Shown one piece after another: positions 1 to 4,549 of a stretch of DNA of 5,764 nt. This stretch comes from Acaryochloris thomasi RCC1774 (GTDB lineage Bacteria > Cyanobacteriota > Cyanobacteriia > Thermosynechococcales > Thermosynechococcaceae): the NCBI RefSeq assembly GCF_003231495.1, contig NZ_PQWO01000054.1, positions 1-5,764 on the forward strand, written 5' to 3'. The position numbers and the translations under genes were made by a program. The notes under the pieces were generated by a model. It had not been told where the DNA came from. It made no database searches and saw only the letters and a program-made list of their open reading frames with translations. Each line of letters begins with the position of its first letter. Position 1 is the stretch's first letter.

Positions 1-59
1 CTCACGAGATAGAGGTGGTCGGAGAACAGCACAAGCATTTTAGAGACACATTGCCATGA
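1..59 (+). CDS. 3' end of a gene entering from upstream of the window (partial, product unknown)
   Basis: Frame 3 is open from the window edge and reads ..HEIEVVGEQHKHFRDTLP. Its TGA at 57-59 overlaps the ATG at 56-58 (ATGA). Only 18 codons are visible. Confidence 0.35.
   Translation, partial: HEIEVVGEQHKHFRDTLP
24..59 (+). repeat. Copy A of a ~36-nt direct repeat (gene 3' end + ATGA junction)
   Basis: GAACAGCACAAGCATTTTAGAGACACATTGCCATGA aligns with 118-154 GAACAGCAGCAGGCATTTTAGTGACGTATTGCCATGA. There are a few substitutions and one 1-nt indel. Confidence 0.8.
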
Positions 60-154
60 CCACCCAACTAGCCCTACCCTGGCCGTCCCCGGAAACACGC
101 ACTTTCGTAAGACCCCAGAACAGCAGCAGGCATTTTAGTGACGTATTGCCATGA
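56..154 (+). pseudogene. 32-codon mosaic ORF, interpreted as a recombination scar: decayed PP-loop gene 5' end fused to a decayed copy of the upstream gene's 3' end
   Basis: ATG 56 to TGA 152-154 gives MTTQLALPWPSPETRTFVRPQNSSRHFSDVLP. The first ~9 codons resemble the starts at 401 (MNTQLSLPF) and 913 (MNTQLELAL). The last codons (RHFSDVLP*) copy the end of the upstream gene (KHFRDTLP*), including the ATGA overlap. Nucleotide similarity continues upstream of a 1-nt indel in a different frame, which argues for a non-coding relic. Confidence 0.45.
118..154 (+). repeat. Copy B of the ~36-nt direct repeat (gene 3' end + ATGA junction)
   Basis: See 24-59. It ends in ATGA, where ATG 151 starts the 73-aa ORF. 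Confidence 0.8.
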
Positions 155-372
155 AATTCTTAATCCAATTAAGGGATTCCAATAGCTACTACCCTACTCG
201 CTGGACAGTATCTTTCCACGAGAAACCGATAGGTACGATCTCCCGGCCAGTCGGTTCAGAGACCTATCACGCAATTCCAGTGAGGCTCGGGGTTCCCATC
301 CTCCAGGATGGAGACATTCGAGAATTCCTAACCAAAGAAGCTGCGGCAGCAGAGCTATGGAATGCCTATTAG
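151..372 (+). CDS. Hypothetical small protein (73 aa)
   Basis: ORF-track ORF with ATG start in an ATGA overlap with the preceding 32-codon frame. No motif recognised. The antisense ORF 194-412 is less plausible. Confidence 0.55.
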   Translation: MKFLIQLRDSNSYYPTRWTVSFHEKPIGTISRPVGSETYHAIPVRLGVPILQDGDIREFLTKEAAAAELWNAY

Positions 373-400
373 TCAATAGCAGAGAGGGTTTTAAGCAGAA

Positions 401-520
401 ATGAATACGCAACTGTCCCTTCCGTTCTGCCAGCCTGCTCAGCCCCCACCGCTTAGCAAATACGATCGCACCATCATTGCCTTCAGTGGTGGGAAAGACT
501 CCCTAGCCTGCGTCCTGTGG
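401..520 (+). repeat. Diverged direct repeat of the first 120 nt of the PP-loop gene (copy 1)
   Basis: My codon-by-codon hand alignment with 913-1032 gives about 82/120 nt and 29/40 aa identical. Segments 494-520 and 1006-1032 are identical over 27 nt. Similarity ends abruptly after 520/1032. Confidence 0.9.
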
Positions 521-916
521 ACCACTTTTCATGCCAACAAGGAGAACAATATGGTTTTCGACAATGCATTCACGGATCAGATGATGTACGGACAACATGC
601 CGTTAGGGTTCCAGCTTGGCTCTATACACAACCAGGGAAGGAAGAAGTCATCTTCGTTGGAGCAACAAAGGATCTTAGAGCAAGCCACGGCAACCAGAGA
701 ACCCACCAATTCATGCTGGGTGAAATTATTCTACGGCCTCACTTTGCTGTCGCTTCAGACAATTTTAGAGGCCACGGTGCAACCGCACTGCTCACGGCGA
801 ATCACATGGACTTCCTTCTTGCAGATGACATGGAAGTCATTTGCGATCCAATGGGTAAGCTCGGAACACTTTGCGACAGATACAGCAAACAGATACAGGC
901 AATCACGGGGCAATGA
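401..916 (+). CDS. Chimeric ORF (171 aa): 40-aa PP-loop N-terminal fragment (includes SGGKDS) fused in frame to an unrelated ~121-aa hypothetical protein
   Basis: The N-terminus MNTQLSLPFCQPAQPPPLSKYDRTIIAFSGGKDSLACVLW duplicates the start of the 913 gene. The remainder has no similarity to it. A strong internal start signal exists (AAGGAG at 539-544, 6-nt spacer, ATG 551), so the functional product may be 551-916 (MVFDNAFTDQ..., 121 aa). The stop TGA 914-916 overlaps ATG 913 (ATGA). Confidence 0.6.
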   Translation: MNTQLSLPFCQPAQPPPLSKYDRTIIAFSGGKDSLACVLWTTFHANKENNMVFDNAFTDQMMYGQHAVRVPAWLYTQPGKEEVIFVGATKDLRASHGNQRTHQFMLGEIILRPHFAVASDNFRGHGATALLTANHMDFLLADDMEVICDPMGKLGTLCDRYSKQIQAITGQ

Positions 917-1032
917 ACACCCAGCTTGAATTAGCGCTTAATGAACCTGCTGCCCTCCCTCCCCCAGAAGCGTACGACCGCACGGTAATCGCCTTCAGTG
1001 GCGGCAAAGACTCCCTAGCCTGCGTCCTGTGG
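913..1032 (+). repeat. Direct repeat of the PP-loop gene 5' end (copy 2, inside the intact gene)
   Basis: See 401-520. Confidence 0.9.
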
Positions 1033-1917
1033 GCCATCAAAGCAGGATGTCCCAACATCGAACTATGGCACCACGACATCGATGGTCGTGAAGGTTCCAA
1101 CCTTATGGACTGGCCTGTCACTCGCTCCTATTGCAAAGCCGTGGCTGACGCCCTAGAGCTGCCCATTTACTTCAGTTGGCTAGAGGGAGGCTTCGAGCGT
1201 GAGATGCTGCGAGAGGAACAGCGCAAAGCACCGACATGGTTCGAGATACCTGACGGCCTTCAATCGACTGGAGGACAAAGCGGCAAGCTGGGCACTCGCC
1301 GCAAGTTCCCGCAAGTATCCGGCAATCTGGCGGTGCGCTGGTGTAGCGCTTACCTGAAGATCGACGTTTGTGCGATCGCAATCACCAACCAAGAAAGATT
1401 CAACCACAGCAAGACGCTCATTCTTTCTGGAGAGCGGGCCGAGGAATCACCCCAGAGAGCCAAGTACGAAGCTTTCGAGCCAGACCGAACTGACAATCGG
1501 GATGGCAGAAGCCGTCGCTATGTAGACCGCTATCGTCCGATTCATCACTGGTGTACAGCAGAAGTCTGGAGCCTAATCGAAGAGTTTTGCATCAATCCAC
1601 ATCCGGCCTATCAACTGGGTTGGGGTCGGCTGTCCTGTATGTCCTGCATCTTTGGCAGCGCGAACCAATGGGCCTCCATTCGTAAGATCGCCCCTGCTCA
1701 CTTCGAGCGTATCGCCCAGTACGAGGAAAGATTCAACACAACGATCCAACGAACGATGAGCGTCCGACAGTTGGCCGAGAGGGGAACACCTTACCCCGAG
1801 GCAAACAACCCTGAGCTAGTGGCCCTGGCGCTCAATGACAAATACGAACAGCCGGTGATTGTCAGCGAATGGAAGCCCCCCGCTGGTGCCTACGGAGAAA
1901 GCAATGGACCGAACTAG
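913..1917 (+). CDS. PP-loop ATP pyrophosphatase / PAPS-reductase-family protein (334 aa from ATG 913), the DndC/IbrA-like class common on phages and plasmids
   Basis: It carries the canonical PP-loop motif AFSGGKDS (SGGKDS at 997-1014) near the N-terminus. A later WGRLSCMSCIFGS Cys pair (1636-1647) is typical of this family. The ORF track starts at TTG 871. I prefer ATG 913 because it is in frame, forms an ATGA overlap with the upstream stop, and is where homology with the copy at 401 begins. Confidence 0.9.
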   Translation: MNTQLELALNEPAALPPPEAYDRTVIAFSGGKDSLACVLWAIKAGCPNIELWHHDIDGREGSNLMDWPVTRSYCKAVADALELPIYFSWLEGGFEREMLREEQRKAPTWFEIPDGLQSTGGQSGKLGTRRKFPQVSGNLAVRWCSAYLKIDVCAIAITNQERFNHSKTLILSGERAEESPQRAKYEAFEPDRTDNRDGRSRRYVDRYRPIHHWCTAEVWSLIEEFCINPHPAYQLGWGRLSCMSCIFGSANQWASIRKIAPAHFERIAQYEERFNTTIQRTMSVRQLAERGTPYPEANNPELVALALNDKYEQPVIVSEWKPPAGAYGESNGPN

Positions 1918-1996
1918 AGAAAACAAATGATTCATCTATTGAATTTCGGGATGGGCGCGCCAAGACTGCATAGATTATCTCAAATCAAAGCTAGGA

Positions 1997-2575
1997 GTGA
2001 CCTGGGAGAAATCCTGTTGTAGTTTCTGCCCCTTTCAAAGCAAACAAAATGCGATCGCAAGGTACAAAAAACTCCCGAAGTCAGGAGCCTTCGCCCTCTG
2101 GATTGGCGGTCTAGCTCTGGCGCTCAATCCCAGAATGCATCTGTTCAGCTCAGGAACAGCCTACGACCTCTGCGTCGAGGGAGGTTGCCATGATGCGATC
2201 TCACTCTATGAAAAAAGGCTCAGAGAGTCTGAGTTCGCTATCTATCGTGTCCGACGTATTTACAAAGCCAACGGAACAACCAAACGAACGATGGTTAACG
2301 CTCGCCGCAGCGTGGAAACCATCGGTAGCGGCAGTCGGAAGGATATAGAAGCCCAAATCAACAGACTTGAGATCGCAACCCACAGCGAACTTGAAACCAC
2401 TGGCGGGTGGATCAGAGTTTATATACATCGAAGGGAGCCAAAGACGTATCCAGCTATCGAAGAATTTTTTGTCGCTTGCCCTTCTGCAATAGAGGACAAA
2501 TGCCAAAACATCAGCAAGTTCGAGAGCGACTGGCGAGAGATGACCGGAGCTGTGCAGCAACTCTCATTGCTGTAA
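1997..2575 (+). CDS. Hypothetical protein (192 aa from GTG 1997), possibly the 3' remnant of an internally deleted second PP-loop-family gene
   Basis: The N-terminal TWEKSCCSFCPFQSKQNAIARYKKLP aligns loosely with GWGRLSCMSCIFGSANQWASIRKIAP of the 913 gene. The only starts are GTG 1997, where AGGAG abuts the start with no spacer, or much later ATGs. The frame is open back to 1943. A separate 31-codon ORF (1927-2022, MIHLLNFGMGAPRL...) overlaps it in another frame. Confidence 0.5.
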   Translation: MTWEKSCCSFCPFQSKQNAIARYKKLPKSGAFALWIGGLALALNPRMHLFSSGTAYDLCVEGGCHDAISLYEKRLRESEFAIYRVRRIYKANGTTKRTMVNARRSVETIGSGSRKDIEAQINRLEIATHSELETTGGWIRVYIHRREPKTYPAIEEFFVACPSAIEDKCQNISKFESDWREMTGAVQQLSLL

Positions 2576-2612
2576 TTGAAAGCTCTATTGCTTGCGATCT
2601 CAACTCGCAATC

Positions 2613-2628
2613 TATACATCGATGTATA
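2613..2628. repeat. Perfect 16-bp palindrome TATACATCGATGTATA in the convergent intergenic region
   Basis: Checked base by base and it is self-complementary. It is preceded by a small hairpin, TTGCGA-N7-TCGCAA (2592-2610). Neither has a U-tract, so a terminator role is unproven. Confidence 0.6.
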
Positions 2629-2709
2629 AAGCCACCCCTCAGATCTCCGACCGCAGCCCTTGATATTCTCGCCAGCTCTCCAGCGCCTCCTCAACATCGA
2701 GATCGGTAA

Positions 2710-2901
2710 TTATGCGATGGCGTTAGCCTGCCTTCGGCAATCGCAAGCGGAAGTTAGCGACCACCAAACCTTGACCCAGTAGCGATGGTTGATCGCATCC
2801 CCCAGTGAGCCGTAGAGCAAGGCTTTAGTTTCTGCATGTTCGATCGCTGCCGTCAGGACGTTTTCAATGCCTTCAGACTGGATGAAATCTTGGGGGTTCA
2901 T
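2710..2901 (-). CDS. Hypothetical small protein (63 aa), third gene of the minus-strand operon; C-terminus may be frameshift-damaged
   Basis: ATG at 2901 lies 4 nt after the stop of the upstream gene. The N-terminal 40 aa look protein-like (MNPQDFIQSEGIENVLTAAIEHAETKALLYGSLGDAINH). The tail WVKVWWSLTSACDCRRQANAIA looks unnatural, and a protein-like frame (ITDLDVEEALESWREYQGLRSEI*) continues in another frame at 2639-2710. Confidence 0.4.
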   Translation of the reverse strand: MNPQDFIQSEGIENVLTAAIEHAETKALLYGSLGDAINHRYWVKVWWSLTSACDCRRQANAIA

Positions 2902-2905
2902 CTGC

Positions 2906-3133
2906 CTAAACGCCGGAGAGTGATCTCGTTATAACAACGACAGAAGCTCCGATAATTCCAGCCCAGGCCGTACCAATGAGAGCAAGGGTCAAACCCCACA
3001 ACCGACCATCCCACTTTTCTACCTTGGCATTGGTGGCCTTGATATCTACATCAATCGTCGTAAGCCGATTATCAATGGCATCAAAACGACTCAATACCTT
3101 TTGCTCAAATGATTCCGGTGTTGCCTGCGTCAT
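2906..3133 (-). CDS. Small membrane protein (75 aa): N-terminal coiled-coil-like segment plus one C-terminal TM helix, an XhlA/holin-like architecture
   Basis: The hydrophilic heptad-like N-terminus (FEQKVLSRFDAIDNRLTTIDVDIKATNAKVEKWDGR) is followed by LWGLTLALIGTAWAGIIGASVVVI. The ATG overlaps the upstream stop as ATGA (3130-3133, minus strand). Confidence 0.7.
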   Translation of the reverse strand: MTQATPESFEQKVLSRFDAIDNRLTTIDVDIKATNAKVEKWDGRLWGLTLALIGTAWAGIIGASVVVITRSLSGV

Positions 3134-3354
3134 ATCAAACCCTCACGCTCTGCAGCTTCACGGATCACCCGTCTCAGCCACGCTGACTTATTCGGAAGCC
3201 GATCAACCGCAGCTTCCACCTCAGGCTCCAAACAAGTGCCTGTAGTACGCCGAGACAACTTGGGCGCAACTTCAGAATCAAGGCGAACTGAGCGAAGATG
3301 TTCAGTCTTTGGCGAAGGATTGGGCATATATGCATCATAAGCAGGATAGAACAA
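3130..3354 (-). CDS. Putative ribbon-helix-helix (CopG/Arc/MetJ-like) DNA-binding protein, first gene of the minus-strand operon
   Basis: The C-terminal TCLEPEVEAAVDRLPNKSAWLRRVIREAAEREGLI has a strand-helix-helix pattern. An earlier SVRLDSEVAPKL segment repeats the strand motif. The longest start is TTG 3354; ATG at 3327 (MPNPSPK...) is the more conventional start. The gene lies next to the 24-bp palindrome. Confidence 0.7.
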   Translation of the reverse strand: MFYPAYDAYMPNPSPKTEHLRSVRLDSEVAPKLSRRTTGTCLEPEVEAAVDRLPNKSAWLRRVIREAAEREGLI

Positions 3355-3415
3355 TCTTAACTTAGCCCATCATCATGAATTCCTTCAATGTAAACTTTCT
3401 AAAATAAAGTCTTTT

Positions 3416-3439
3416 TGTATGCATCATATGATGCATACA
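3416..3439. promoter_or_regulatory. Perfect 24-bp palindrome TGTATGCATCATATGATGCATACA in the divergent intergenic region: candidate operator (or oriT inverted repeat)
   Basis: Verified as self-complementary base by base. It sits in the AT-rich 187-bp spacer between the divergent operons (3354 leftward, 3542 rightward), next to the RHH gene. Confidence 0.6.
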
Positions 3440-3442
3440 TGA

Positions 3443-3449
3443 TATTATA
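3443..3449. promoter_or_regulatory. Overlapping candidate -10 hexamers: TATTAT on + (3443-3448) and TATAAT on - (3449-3444)
   Basis: The hexamers are read directly and lie immediately right of the palindrome. I found no convincing -35 at 17-bp spacing on either strand, so the promoter calls are tentative. Confidence 0.35.
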
Positions 3450-3541
3450 GATACATACAAACAAAGCAAAGCCACCGCCCAATCCCGGAAAGAAACAAGC
3501 GGTGACGATGCACTCCCAAGACTAATCAGGAGATTTCCATT

Positions 3542-3817
3542 ATGACTATTTCCCTCGCCCCTGCAACAGCCCAGCAGTCGCAACTCTTCTGTGTCGATGC
3601 CGAAGTCGAGCAGTTCGACCCACTCAACGAGTGCATGGTCCGCGAAGATTACACCTTCGCCTGTGAGCGCAAAGGCGGTTACGTCCAACGCATCAAAGCC
3701 TGGGTTGCAACCAATTGCACCTTTGGTACTGTTGCCCCCAACCTTATCGAGCTGTATTGCTCTGAATGGAAGACAGCAGCAGACGACCGTATCGCAGCCA
3801 TCGACGACCAGTTCTAA
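3542..3817 (+). CDS. Hypothetical acidic small protein (91 aa, 5 Cys), first gene of the plus-strand operon
   Basis: ATG 3542 is preceded by AGGAG (3528-3532) with a 9-nt spacer. I count 14 D/E versus 7 K/R. No motif recognised. Confidence 0.75.
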   Translation: MTISLAPATAQQSQLFCVDAEVEQFDPLNECMVREDYTFACERKGGYVQRIKAWVATNCTFGTVAPNLIELYCSEWKTAADDRIAAIDDQF

Positions 3818-3895
3818 GCACCAGGGGGCCGCAGCGCCCCCATCGCCTCACCATTGCAAACCCCAGCGCTACAGGGGACTACGCGAGAAATACTC
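3818..3895 (+). repeat. Intergenic module copy 1 (GC hairpin + C-run/G-run element + RBS region)
   Basis: GGGGGC-CGCAGC-GCCCCC at 3824-3841, then CCCC-N9-GGGG at 3861-3877 containing CGCTACA, then GAGAAATA..ATG. It aligns with 4094-4171 and 4550-4625. Confidence 0.8.
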
Positions 3896-4093
3896 ATGCT
3901 TGAAGTTTCAGCCGCTCCAATCCCAGACACCTGGACTGCCTCAGACTCCAATGATGACCCTGAGATATTCGCAGTCAGCACGGGAAACTCACCAGACCAA
4001 GCGATCGCAAACTACTTCGACAATTGCTTAGAGCAAGATCCCCATTACATGAACGATTCGTCTGAATTCGTTCGCTTCATGCGGACCTACTAA
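3896..4093 (+). CDS. Hypothetical very acidic small protein (65 aa from ATG 3896)
   Basis: The ORF track starts at TTG 3854, inside the conserved intergenic module. ATG 3896 sits at the same module position as the starts of the next two genes. I count 8 D + 4 E versus 2 R and 0 K. Confidence 0.7.
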   Translation: MLEVSAAPIPDTWTASDSNDDPEIFAVSTGNSPDQAIANYFDNCLEQDPHYMNDSSEFVRFMRTY

Positions 4094-4171
4094 CGCAAAC
4101 AACAGGGGCCATAGCGCCCCCGCCGCATACCTTCCGTAAACCCATCGCTACAAGGGACAGGAGAAATATAC
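4094..4171 (+). repeat. Intergenic module copy 2
   Basis: GGGGC-CATAGC-GCCCC at 4105-4120, then CCC-N10-GGG at 4141-4156 containing CGCTACA, then AGGAGAAATATAC-ATG. Confidence 0.8.
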
Positions 4172-4549
4172 ATGATTACCGCAGAAGCACTTCAGCAAAA
4201 TCTCGCGCATTGCACCGGCACCGAGCAATGGTACCGGCATCCACTGGGAATCACTTACACAGACGGCATCAAGATATTGACCGAGGATGCCCAGTGTATG
4301 TGGCTTGTGGATGCGATCACATCTCACCAAAAAAGCTACCAGATTATATACAACCCTGACCTACAAGAGTTCCAGCTCTGGCTGCTGAAAGTTAATGAGG
4401 ATCGCAGCGCAATCCTAGCCTGCTACGAAGACAGCCCCAGCACTTGCGAACCTGCGATCAGCCAGCTAATCCCCTCCACGGACTTCCCGATGCAGGAAAT
4501 CAAGCTTTATATGGAGCAAGGAACACTACTGCTTCCCTCAGAACACTAA
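4172..4549 (+). CDS. Small acidic protein (125 aa), paralogue 1 of a tandem pair; DUF6876-like by recollection
   Basis: ATG 4172 follows GGAG. It shares with the next gene the motifs YTDG, WLV.AI..HQK, LQ.FQ.W, CY, FP and G.L.LPSE. I count 17 D/E versus 6 K/R. Confidence 0.85.
   Translation: MITAEALQQNLAHCTGTEQWYRHPLGITYTDGIKILTEDAQCMWLVDAITSHQKSYQIIYNPDLQEFQLWLLKVNEDRSAILACYEDSPSTCEPAISQLIPSTDFPMQEIKLYMEQGTLLLPSEH

Noticed and set aside
194-412. 72-aa minus-strand ORF antisense to 151-372
   Set aside because: It is a shadow ORF on the opposite strand of a block that is otherwise entirely + strand. It spans the intergenic gap and the start of the 401 ORF, and has no start context or recognisable features.
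871-912. Upstream extension of the PP-loop gene to the TTG at 871 given in the ORF track (MRQIQQTDTGNHGA...)
   Set aside because: The extension lies entirely inside the preceding ORF's coding sequence. Homology with the duplicate copy begins exactly at ATG 913, and 913 forms an ATGA stop/start overlap, so ATG 913 is the more likely start.
597-929. 110-aa + strand ORF in an alternative frame of 401-916
   Set aside because: It is fully nested in another frame of a better-supported ORF and runs across the 913 start codon. Its composition looks like off-frame translation.
401-1032. The 401-520 / 913-1032 repeat pair as template and variable repeats of a diversity-generating retroelement
   Set aside because: The mismatches are not confined to adenine positions, the repeat covers a conserved catalytic motif rather than a variable ligand-binding tail, and no reverse transcriptase is present.
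903-1407. Three minus-strand ORFs (903-1121, 1172-1381, 1180-1407) inside the PP-loop gene
   Set aside because: They are antisense to a gene with an unambiguous family motif. Their Arg/Ser/Ala-rich compositions are typical of antisense frames.
2201-2709. ORFs 2201-2560 (-), 2407-2709 (+) and 2419-2697 (-)
   Set aside because: They overlap the 1997-2575 ORF or run through the palindromic intergenic region. No start signals or motifs are present. The only part kept is the protein-like relic frame at 2639-2722, reported as a finding.
2976-3245. 89-aa + strand ORF opposite the RHH and membrane-protein genes
   Set aside because: The minus-strand pair has recognisable RHH and TM features and an ATGA coupling. 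The + frame product is low-complexity Ser/Pro/Leu-rich.
3472-3504. Possible 5'-UTR stem CACCGC-N20-GCGGTG upstream of the 3542 gene, and the 5-codon uORF at 3508-3525
   Set aside because: This is a 6-bp stem with a 20-nt loop and no supporting conservation. A uORF of this size is expected by chance.
3362-3688. 108-aa minus-strand ORF spanning the divergent control region
   Set aside because: It would run through the AT-rich promoter/palindrome region and lie antisense to the well-supported 3542 gene, so it is not credible as coding.
3591-4031. 146-aa + strand ORF overlapping 3542-3817 and 3896-4093 in another frame
   Set aside because: It reads straight through the conserved intergenic hairpin module and through two ORFs with proper RBS and start signals. 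Its product is Ser/Pro/Thr-rich low complexity.
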